Of a stretch of 64,000 bases of DNA, positions 25,101 through 37,100 are shown piece after piece. A program made the position numbers and the translations under genes. How positions within the stretch are numbered: the stretch's first letter is position 1; every line of letters starts with the position of its first letter. The stretch lies in the NCBI GenBank assembly GCA_051362555.1, contig CM120640.1:52740788-52804787 (forward strand), written 5' to 3'. The DNA comes from Lingula anatina (Eukaryota; Animalia; Brachiopoda). The notes under the pieces are model-generated. The model saw only the letters and a program-made list of their open reading frames with translations. It was not told the origin of the DNA and searched no databases.

Positions 25101-28100
25101 TCAGGCAGACATGAGCCACAGTACTGACCACCCACACCATTTTTACAAGGACACTGTCCACTGACTTGGTCACACAGGTTGGACACAGACCCAGTCAAGT
25201 TACAGCTACACCTAGGACAACCTGCTATAATGTTACCATAGCCAGCCTGAAAAAAACAAAAATGGCAACAGAAGTTCGTGAAAATTTAAAAACAAGTTAT
25301 TGTCAGTCTAGTTGACACTGAAAAATACACAATAGCCAAATCAACAACCCTACAGCAAAACTTCAAAACAAGATTGGCAACCACTAAGGTGTAAGTTTTA
25401 ATACAAAAATCTTTGAACCCATTAAAACAGATTGAGTTTTGGTGAGCAAAAGGTAAATGGTTATTATGCTTCAAACAGAAAATGAGATGTCATCCCAGTC
25501 AAAAAATTTCATCTAGATACATGTAAATATGTTGTATCACACCCCTGTGTGCTATGCCAGACAGTGTATACTCACCACACAAGAGTCACATGCCCTGCCT
25601 TCATAGTATGGTCTGCAGGAACACTGGCCTGACCTCTGATCACAGGAAGTACCTGTAGACCCATACTGGTTACAGTCACACTCTGGAATGAGGGTTCAAA
25701 TTAAATCCACATGAAATTCTACTTCATGGGGTCAACATACCTCATACCTTTATATATCTTTAAAAAATTGTTTATCATTTTAATTATGAAGGGGCTAGCT
25801 GTTTTTACATCAGAGCACTCATTCTAAGTACATGGAAACTGACAGTAACACATTAACAGCATAATTTTTAGTTGCAAATGTGACTTGCATCATAGGTTAA
25901 TTATTGGAACTTAAAAGGAGTCTGCATTGTTTGAAATCATTGTTTTCATAATTCCATACTATCATTTCAAAAGCAATTTCTGCATGCCAAGCACAAACCT
26001 TTACATCCCTTTCCATACACCATCCCATAATAGTCTGGTTTACATTGTGCACAGTTCCAGCCTTCAGTATTAAAGAGGCATTTGAGGCACTGTCCTGTCA
26101 TACGATCACAATTGCCTACCGCGTTGGGATTGATGTTACCACTGCAAGCACAAGGCTGACAATAGTTGCCTGGGACCAAGGGGTTACCAAAGTAACCATC
26201 ATCACACCTAAAAAAGAGAAAAAAAATTTGTAGCAAATACAAACTGTCACAACTCATACCCAGTCCCTCACATCTAACACATGCAATATTCAAATTCGCA
26301 CAGGTTCAATGACGTATACTTATTCCCAACTGACATTTTTTAAGACCTGTTAAATACCTGACTATATATATCTATCTAAATATTTATCAAGTTTGATACA
26401 AACTGAAGTTCTCAGTGCATGTCCCATAGAGAAGGCACTTCAGTTTATTCAAGTGCAAACACAATGAATGAAGATAACCGCAGAATTTAAAGGATGTGAT
26501 ATTAACCTGGACTTGACCAGACAGAAAAAAAAAACTTCTATTTATTTAAGAAAAATAAGACAATCAAATTTCTTCAAGTGTGTCTCATCTTTGAAGTGTA
26601 GAAACAGGAATACTCACATTTCACAATGGTTTCCAATATAGCCATCAGGGCAAGACACACAGAAGTACTCTTCCTGAGAGCCAGGGGGAGCTGCCATACA
26701 GTTCGATGCAAAGTTATTGGTGCTGATTGCCAAAGGACAAGCACATGGTCTGCAATCATTGGGAGTGCCTCTAGTAGCATTGCCATAATAACCAAATTCA
26801 CAATTCTCACAATGTGGTCCTACGGTATTGTCTCTGCAACTCTGAAAGAACAAAGTGAAACATAGGAAAAATATGACAGTGATAATGATTTTAATGTTAA
26901 AACAGGTCTAGCCTTGGCTCATAGCATAAAAGTAAAATAAGTATTACTGTATGGCATATGAAAATAATGCTCGTTTTATGACAAAATTCATACATTTTAC
27001 ATACATTTTATTTTGTTGCTATGGAATATCCTCTTACCATAATTTCTCTAATCTTTTCCATCAATCACTGGTACACGTACAATTACTTTTTAGATTCAAC
27101 TTAAAATTGTATTCTTGAGTAGGATGTGACTGTGTTAGATACACGTGCTAGGTTTAATAGTGATATCTTGTCAAACATTCGGTATTGTACTTACAGTACA
27201 GAGCCCACTAGAAGCCTCACAGGTATCAGCATGGTTATTACAATTACACTGCTCACAAATTCCACCATACAGCACATCGTTCACACGACGGTGTCCACGC
27301 TCACACACCTGCAAGCACGATGCATGGCAAACAAAAATTACAACAAATATTTTCACCCAGGAGATCGCAAAGCACATCATAGTTAATAAACCCCAAGACC
27401 CAAACTTTTCCACTTCAATATTGAAATATAGATGAGATACCAACACAGCCAAGCCTGAGTATGTACATTATTATCTTTTTAAAGAGACCATTATTCATCA
27501 TCTTATCTGCGTGGCTTATAACTGTCACACCACAATGATATGACACCAGTGCTAGCGGAGTAATGTAAACAGTTATCTTGATGTGGTCAGTTCTTCACAA
27601 ACACAAGGACAGAGGCTGTCTGTGTTACTATCATCTACAACACCCCTGCTACGCAGGGGTCAAGACAAAATTTGAACATTGTTATCATTCAGATACACTA
27701 CAGCTACGTAGTTAGCATGTGGATGGGGTTAATATTCTGTCAAATGTCATCATAAACATCTATATTAGTGAATCTACTGTAATCATTATAATAACAACTG
27801 GCCATGTCCCCTGTGTCCTTCTTAATGACTGGTTTAAATAGAATGTATATAATGTCTGTTTTGGCATGTATGTTCTAAGTGACTCTGTTGACATGCATTC
27901 TCCACTTTAAAAATCCCTGTTAGTCTGTGAACAATATCTGTTCTTTGTGAATTCTTAATGACTGCGTGTAAACATGTATCTAATCTACAATATTGTTAAA
28001 CAAATACATATAACATAGATTTAACAAAACAATAACCAATTATTAAAAATACATGTTAATACGAGTCCATATAATATTAAAGTACAAATAAGGAAACATT

Positions 28101-31100
28101 TATTTACGAATAAACACACATTTTCTATAATTGTTCAATGACTCACTTACATATGTTCATTAAAACAAGAGAAGACTTTTAACATTCAAGGTGAATCAGA
28201 ACATAAACATCAAGCTAAGTATTAAGACTGTCTAAAGTAGATGCAAGTTAGAAAATGTAATATAAAATAGTGGTAGAGGTATGAGTTGATTAGCTGACAG
28301 AACATCACAAGACAAAACAAGCAAATGCATAATCCCTTGCCCAAAACAAAATATAAAACTTAAAAAATAAAAAGCACTCAAAAACAAAATATCTACAAAA
28401 TATCTACTTTTCTGACACCAATAAGTCATCAGTGTTATTTTCATTGATGTGAACACAAGACCATTCTACAATAACTACTTTTTGCCCTTTTGTTGACAGT
28501 TTTTGTTATTTTTCTAGTTTTCTATAATTGTCCCATTCTGAATGAGTTTTTTTCTGATCCTAGATCACACACTGGTTACTCTTCAATGTCTCTCCATTTG
28601 ACCAAGTAGTTAGCATCTTCTATAACTAAATGTTTTTATTTATTATTTTTGTCCTACAATCATTAATTCCCTAACACTGACCAGTTTCTGCCTTTCTGAA
28701 CCTGAATATTGAATATTGCTTCAATCCATCTTTACTTAAGTTATCTCAAATTCTAGGTTAAGCTACTGCTCAGCTATTTAAAAATTCCTTTGCATTTTGC
28801 GCGTCGCAACAGAGTCATGCATTTAGTTTTGTATTGATAGCACCAGCATTTACATGACAGTCTATTCCATTATCATTCTTTTAATAAGACATTTTTAGAA
28901 CCTTAACCATAATTACAAATAAAAAATGCTGGTGCCACAATGATTCTGTTATTAACTGAAATTACAGCATTTGTAAAATCCCCATTTATGTTTTCACAAA
29001 AATCACCTGACTCATATTCCCAATATGTTTCTCTCCAGTCTCTGTCAACTGTTGAAAGGCAGGAAAGAAATAATCAACATGAAATACATATCAGAGTCAT
29101 CTGTATAAATCTGTCCATCTCTTTCACATGATATTGTACAGTTCATAATTTTTAAAGTTTTGTTATAATTTTTTACCTTTACCTTCTTATATGTTCCTCC
29201 ATCATCAAATGCATTAAAAATGATTAAATTTTTTTAGTCACAGTGCAAAACCAATATATCTGATACATTATTCACAGTGATGTGCTGAACTGTTCTGTTT
29301 GCAGTCTTTAATACTTCTCCCCCCTTCGACATTCTTCCAGGCATTTAAATTATTTCAACTTCTTGTAGCTTGTGTTCACTTCCAGTTTGGTCACCTTCAG
29401 TATAGTACTATAACTTTTAAGACATTGGTTTTCCCCCCATATCCCTTCCCCTTCCAAAATCTCTAAGCCAAAAACACATTTGAAAAAGACAACACAACAC
29501 AATAAAAGTAAAGGGAACACATCACAAACAGATAAAGCAAAGAATGAGCATTATATATGGTGCAAACTCAAAGAAGCTAAAGGAGAAAATGTCAAAAACA
29601 CCACACGAAGCAAAATATACAAAGCCAGCAAAAAACAATTTAACTTGTTAAAATGAAAACAATAAAGCTTAAGCCTGCATATAAAATCTTAAATAATTTG
29701 AATATTACATTTACTTAACTTCTATGTTCTTCTTAGCATTCACTGAAGCCAAATTTTACATTTCATGCAACAAATAATAAAAAATCAATAACTTTCAAAA
29801 AAGGTTTTCAATAATAATGCCATATCAAACATAGCGTTACCTCACAAGACAAGCCTGAGTATCCTCTAGGACAAAAACACTGTTCTACAGAGGACATGAT
29901 AGAGGGTGAGGTAGAGTTCTCCACAGCCACATCCATGGCCATATCAAGAAATCTGAAATGTTGAGGAAAAACACATGAAGTCATATCCGGTATGCATTTA
30001 TAACATCATGATCTTACAGACAAAATATGTTGTTATTGCTTACACTTTTTAACTTACCAGAATATCAATTAACAGTATATACTGATATGTGGAGGACACA
30101 TATAACTATACATTTTTGTAATATAACTACTGTGGTATTTGAATTTCTAGCTGCCCAATCACTTTGTGCCCAACTATAAAAGATGCACAGTGGTCAAATA
30201 ATGGTAACAAAACAAAACAGCTGACAAAATTCTTACTGAATCTGTGTCTGATGGATGTGATAGGACGCTCGTATCAGGAGGCGCTCAATGTTGGCCAACA
30301 CAGTCATGAACTCTTGTCTGGTAACAATCTGTTGCTTTGGTAACCCTGTGTCAGGATCAACGTGATACCAGTCCCGTTCTGTCAAGAAGACTTGCATAGT
30401 GTTCTCCAGTCCTTCCCTGTAGTACCGGCCTCCATAGCCAATCAGCAGCTCATTTCCCTATAAAGAATTACATAGTGCACTGGATATCTAAAGGTGGTAA
30501 CATTTCAAGGACGGATACCTTATTTATGTGGAAGTTTAATCAATGCACTTTTCAAAATATTTACAAGCTGAATATTCTGCGTCTGATCTTCTGACTTCTG
30601 AACAAAACTAGAGGATCAGAGAGGCGATACCGCCTCCGAATATTGTACCACCAGCTGGAGCAAGCGCATTCGTATAGACCCCCACATACACAAAATAAGG
30701 GGTGCAGCCACCAGTCTTGTGCTTGACAAGCTGTAAAAATGCAATCAACAAGAATTTTCAAAATATGCAAAAAATATATATAACTAAAAATGGTGCAATC
30801 AAAGTTAAGTTCATTGTAGGGTAGGTCAAAGGTCAATTTCAAGGTCACAGTAAATTGCCAGTATATGACTTCCTATCCAACTTCAATAGTAACTATGGAC
30901 CTATCTCTGCCAGTTTTGGAGATAAAAGGGAAGCAAAATTTGCAAAGTTCAGTTCATGGTGAAAAGTAGGTCAAAGGTCAATTTCAAGGTCACAGTAAGA
31001 TTGCCAGTATATGACTTCCTATTCAACTTCAATAGTAACTATGGACCTATCTCTGCCAGTTTTGGAGATAAAAGGGAAGCAAAATTTGCAAAGTTCAGTT

Positions 31101-34100
31101 CATGGTGAAAAGTAGGTCAAAGGTCAATTTCAAGGTCACATTTAGATTGCCAGTATATGACTTCCTATTCAACTTCAATAGTAACTATGGACCTATCTCT
31201 GCCAGTTTTGGAGATAAAAGGGAAGCAAAATTTGCAAAGTTCAGTTCATGGTGAAAAGAAGGTCAAAGGTCAATTTCAAGGTCACAGTAAAATTGCCAGT
31301 ATATGACTTCCTATGCAAGTTCAATAGTAACTATGGACCTATCTCTGCCAGTTTTGGAGATAAAAGGGAAGCAAATTTTGCAAAGTTCAGTTCAAGGTGA
31401 AAAGTAGGTCAAAGGTCAATTTCAAGGTCACAGTAAAATTGCCAGTATATGACTTCCTATTCAAGTTCAATAGTAACTATGGACCTATCTCTGCCAGTTT
31501 TGGAGATAAAAGGGAAGCAAAATTTGCAAAGTTCAGTTCATGGTGATAAGTAGGTCAAAGGTCAATTTCAAGGTCACAGTAAGATTGCCAGTATATGACT
31601 TCCTATTCAACTTCAATAGTAACTATGGACCTATCTCTGCCAGTTTTGGAGATAAAAGGGAAGCAAAATTTGCAAAGTTCAGTTCATGGTGAAAAGTAGG
31701 TCAAAGGTCAATTTCAAGGTCACATTTAGATTGCCAGTATATGACTTCCTATTCAACTTCAATAGTAACTATGGACCTATCTCTGCCAGTTTTGGAGATA
31801 AAAGGGAAGCAAAATTTGCAAAGTTCAGTTCATGGTGAAAAGTAGGTCAAAGGTCAATTTCAAGGTCACATTTAGATTGCCAGTATATGACTTCCTATTC
31901 AACTTCAATAGTAACTATGGACCTATCTCTGCCAGTTTTGGAGATAAAAGGGAAGCAAAATTTGCAAAGTTCAGTTCATGGTGAAAAGAAGGTCAAAGGT
32001 CAATTTCAAGGTCACAGTAAAATTGCCAGTATATGACTTCCTATTCAAGTTCAATAGTAACTATGGACCTATCTCTGCCAGTTTTGGAGATAAAAGGGAA
32101 GCAAAATTTGCAAAGTTCAGTTCATGGTGATAAGTAGGTCAAAGGTCAATTTCAAGGTCACAGTAAGATTGCCAGTATATGACTTCCTATTCAACTTCAA
32201 TAGTAACTATGGACCTATCTCTGCCAGTTTTGGAGATAAAAGGGAAGCAAAATTTGCAAAGTTCAGTTCATGGTGAAAAGTAGGTCAAAGGTCAATGTCA
32301 AGGTCACAGTAAGATTGCCAGTATATGACTTCCTATTCAACTTCAATAGTAACTATGGACCTATCTCTGCCAGTTTTGGAGATATAAGGGACTAAATGTT
32401 ATAATTTTGGAGTTACCATAATGTGCCATAAATTTCCTACAGAAAAAATTAATTAAAATAAAGAAAAGGTCATTTTGGTCAAAGTTCTTGAAATGGGAGG
32501 TTCTCTGAAGTTGCAGAAGTTTAAATTTGATAAAATAATGTCATTTTTGACCACAAGTTGTCTGCTTTGCCAAGCATTATGTTTTATTTTTCCGGAGTTC
32601 AAAATTTATTATCCATTACCGTACTGCACATTTTTACGGAAGCCGACTGGTGCCATATGTTGAAAAAAAAAAATTATCTCGAAATTTCGAGATAGCATTT
32701 TTTTTGTTCAAATTTCAAAATACTATCTCGAAATTTCGAGATAAATTTTTTTGCTCAAATATCAAAATGCTATCTCGAAATTTCGAGATAATTTTTTTTT
32801 TTGTTCAAATTTCAAAATGCTATCTCGAAATTTCGAGATAAAAATTTTTTTTGTTCAAATTTCAAAATAGTATCTCGAAATTTCGAGTTAATTTTTTTTT
32901 CTACATATGGCACCAGTCGGCTTCCGTACATTTTCCTTTCACCACCAATATGTACTTTCTGATACAGCGTAACTCGAAAACCGTATGGAATACAAAAAAA
33001 CCGAGACCACCTACAGTGTTAGGCTTTACATGCTCTACAAAATGCAAAAAAGAATGGGTCTCTAGCATTAACGGTTCCTGAATTAGAGACAGTTTTCAGT
33101 TTCGGTATCTTATGGCCGCTACTCCTGTGAAAATGCACCGATTGACCCCAAATTCACGGAGATGAAAGATGACCTGAAGGGTAACACTTTCCAATAATAT
33201 TATTGGTTAAGTCTGTGTGGCGTCTGAATAACAGGGCAAAAAAATTTTTTTTCGTAAAAAATTTCATTTTTTTGAAAATTTTGACCCATTTGACCTTGAA
33301 GTAAAGGTCAAAGGTCAAATCCGAGGGTATATTTGAAATCTACACATATGACTTTTGGAAAGCCGTCTATAGAAATTTTTCCCGTAACTCCTTCTGTAGG
33401 GTAGATAATTAGCATTTAATTTTGCCATTTTTAGACAAGGGTGCATTGCAATGAGTGCCACACCCAGACCCCAATACCGACAAAGCCCAAATTTTACGTG
33501 GAACGAGTTGAGATTATAGGTGACCTAAATCCATGAGATGGGTACGGGGGCCCTTACCGTCTAGGAGGAGAAGCGGTAACGGTAACATGGCGGCGGAGCC
33601 GGCGGAACGGAACGGACGGGACCGAAACCATGTGTACCGCCAGCGCTAACGCTGGTGGTAAATTTTTTTGTTCAAATTTCAAAATAGTATCTCGAAATTT
33701 CGAGATAATTTTTTTTTCTACATATGGCACCAGTGGGCTTCCGTACATTTTCCTTTCACCACCAATATGTACTTTTTGATACAGCGTAACTCGAAAACCG
33801 TATGGAATACAAAAAAACCGAGACCACCCCCAGTGTTGGGCTTTACATGCTCTACAAAATGCAAAAAAGAATGGGTCTCTAGCATTAACGGTTCCCGAAT
33901 TAGAGACAGTTTTCAGTTTCGGTATCTTATGGCCGCTACTCCTGTGAAAATGCACCGATTGACCCCAAATTCACGGAGATGAAAGATGACCTGAAGGGTA
34001 ACACTTTCCAATAATATTATTGGTTAAGTCTGTGTGGTGTCTGAATAACAGGGCAAATAATTTTTTTTTCGTAAAAAATTTCATTTTTTTGAAAATTTTG

Positions 34101-37100
34101 GCCCATTTGACCTTGAAGTAAAGGTCAAAGGTCAAATCCGAGGGTATATTTGAAATCTACACATATGACTTTTGGAAAGCCGTCTGTAGAAAATTTTCCC
34201 GTAACTCCTTCCGTAGGGTAGATAATTAGCATTTAATTTTGCCATTTTTGGACAAGGGTGCATTGCAATGAGTGCCACACCCAGACCCCAATACCGACAA
34301 AGCCCAAATTTTACGTGGAACGAGTTGAGATTATAGGTGACCTAAATCCATGAGATGGGTATGGGGGGCCTTACCGTCTAGGAGGAGAAGCGGTAACGGT
34401 AGCCGTCCGGCGGAGCCGGCGGAACGATCCGGACGAGACCGAAACCATGTGTACCGCCAGCGCTAACGCTGGTGGTACAATAAATAAACATGCAGTCTAT
34501 CATGGCTTTCATTATTCCACTACATGCATTGCTAATTCTCAGACAAGTATACATTCATTTCCCTAAGTATGAAGTCATCCGGTACACATTCTTAAAAAAT
34601 GTTTTGCATAAAAAGTTCCTTACTTCCATTATTACATCCAAGTCTGCAGTGTATGCTGTGTTAACATCTTCTAATCGCTGGACCACATAGTACATGTAAT
34701 AGGTCAAGTTACCACCATAGGAGGCAAGCTAGGTAGAAAACAGGTTATGAAGTTAATATTCAATGCATAATCATGTAGAATATGAACATTTAAAGGTCAT
34801 CCCAAACAGATTTTGCAGCATCCTTAATAATTTCTACTAAAAAATACATACATACAGTTGTGGTGTCAAGCCAGATATCACGATTTGAAAGTTTGATTGC
34901 TTGCATTCAAGAAAATAAGTAGCTATATAAATACTAGTTTTTGGAATTTTTTAATAAAAACTAAATACAGCCAACAAATTCCATGACAAATGGGACATAA
35001 AGATGCGTTTTCTCTCTCTCTCTCCAACAATCTCATTCAACTATCTCATTTAAGAACAATTTCACGAGACTTTAATTACATGCATAATCTATAGTACTAA
35101 TGTATGACTAAGACAAACAGCATAAAAAATTTCAACTAATCAGTCATGCTGGTTAATTCTTCAGCATCATGCATGTGATTACAAATTAAAATATACAACA
35201 TTAAGTAATTATAAGCCAGGTATGATACACAAAATAATTGAGTGTCAACCCCCTGGTATTTACAAAATTCTCACAGATCAATTCACACTATAAATCTGAA
35301 TATCAGAACCAAACCACTTGTTATAAGGTAGAATTTGGATGAATAACAAACATAAAAAATATGCAAGTGAATATATATATTTATATATAGCACACACCCC
35401 TTCACCAACTTCCACATGACTAAAAACAAATGATTGTTTTAAATATATTTTTTCATTTCTTTTCCAAAATAAATGAATCGTTTTTGAGCAACTTTTCACA
35501 TGTTATCCAAACCCCATGGATTAAGAATTAATTTGCCAAACAGCTGTCAAATTCAGAGGATAATAATATTTAAACATCTTATTTTTGTAAAAAAAATAAA
35601 GATTAATCAAGCCAAGAACATATAATACACAATTAGGGAACAAAACTTTTTAACAGACAATATGACAAGACACTGAACACAAAAAATGCAGGCATGACAT
35701 GCTTGATGTTTGGCACAATCATATTTTTAAAAACCATGCAATTATAGCTTTAAGAGATCAGTAGGTAGCTTCACTATCAAAGCAAAAATCAAAGATTGTT
35801 ATCTGTGAAATGAGAAACTGATTTGAAATTAGGCTTTACACTATAGCAATTGTCATAAAATGCTGGGGCCAATTCCATAAAAGCATTCTAACTTAGCATG
35901 ATACTAGGCCTTAGAATGATTCTAAATCCCTAGTTGTATACTTGTTAGCAATCAACTAATTTCTATTCCATAAAACCAAACTAAGAATCATTCTTACTAG
36001 TTGCTTGCTAAGATTTGGCTAGAATGGTGTATTCATAGGAAAACCACAAAACCACAGGGTCAGTTACGCCAAACAAAAGGCAGTGACAGTGAAAGTTGAG
36101 CTGATTGCAGGCTGAGGGAAGTACTGGTCAAGGCATTCCCATGTATTCTTTAAAGGCCCTATACAGAAAGGGGTCAAAATGGCAACTTCAGGGAAGAGAC
36201 AACGAAAGCCCAATTATTCAACACAAGAAAATCTCTTTATAGCCGAATGCTATGAAGAATTTAAGGACACATTAGATAGTCAACACAAAGATGCTAACAC
36301 CAATGCTAGGAAAAATAAAGCTTGGGAAAGCATACTTAATCAGCACAAGTCCAAATGACCAAAAAAAAAAAAAAAATGTCCAACGGATTCCTTCTATCCC
36401 GAAACACTCGTTCCCGCCGCATTGCTCTGCGGAGTTCCACTATTTCTAAAATTCTCCTGGCCATCCTTACACCTCGGAGGTGTGGGTAGAAATTAATTAG
36501 AATGATACTAGTGATTTAGAAGAGACCCAGACCTACTCTAACTTTAGCATGAAACTTAGAACTATACTAGGCTTAGAATGGTTTTATGGAATAGAGTTAG
36601 TAGGTAACTAGAGATAGAATGACGTTTAGCAACCAACTAGGGCTTAGAATGGTTTTATGGAATTGGCCCCAGATCTCCATATAATTGCTTCATTGTACAT
36701 TATATCAAACACATCTTGTCTGCATCGAACCTGTCCCACTATACACAGAAACATTTACTGACTGATCCTGGAAAATGAAACAAATATCACAAGTCCCACT
36801 GTCCAATACTAGGCTACAACTGCTGCATGAGTGAGCAACCTAAGCACACAGCTAGCCACCTAGAATACCCAGTCTTACCTTGTTACCAAGAAAGTTAGCC
36901 TGGAGTTCAAAATAAGGTCAAAGGTCAGACTAAAAAATGTAGGTCAAAAGTCAAACTAAAATCAATAAACTAAGGATGAAACCAAGTTGAATTAGGTGTA
37001 TACAGAAGATGACTATGTGCTTAATAAATATCTTACTAAGATGCTTTCCAAAGGCAATTGTAATACTGTGAAGATTTTTTTCTAAAAAAAGTGGTATATA

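Larger units (their letters stand above)
30607..34481 (-). mobile_element. HINE-like element, family 1, copy 2, with duplicated terminal ~820 bp
   Basis: Same termini as 14502-16662; segment ~32843-33660 is repeated at 33661-34481. Confidence 0.87.
35865..36670. mobile_element. Internally deleted PIF/Harbinger transposon
   Basis: TIR GGGGCCAATTCCATAAAA..ATTCTAA at both ends with CWG flanks; contains convergent 5' stubs of the Myb/SANT and transposase genes. Confidence 0.88.

Noticed and set aside
30820-32390. CRISPR-like regular repeat array (also 14690-15710)
   Set aside because: Whole 146-bp units repeat with no unique spacers; eukaryotic intron; no cas genes
32675-32890. Palindromic repeats with ~29-bp spacers resembling a mini-CRISPR
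   Set aside because: Spacers are near-identical to each other, and the array lies inside a TIR/TSD-bounded MITE
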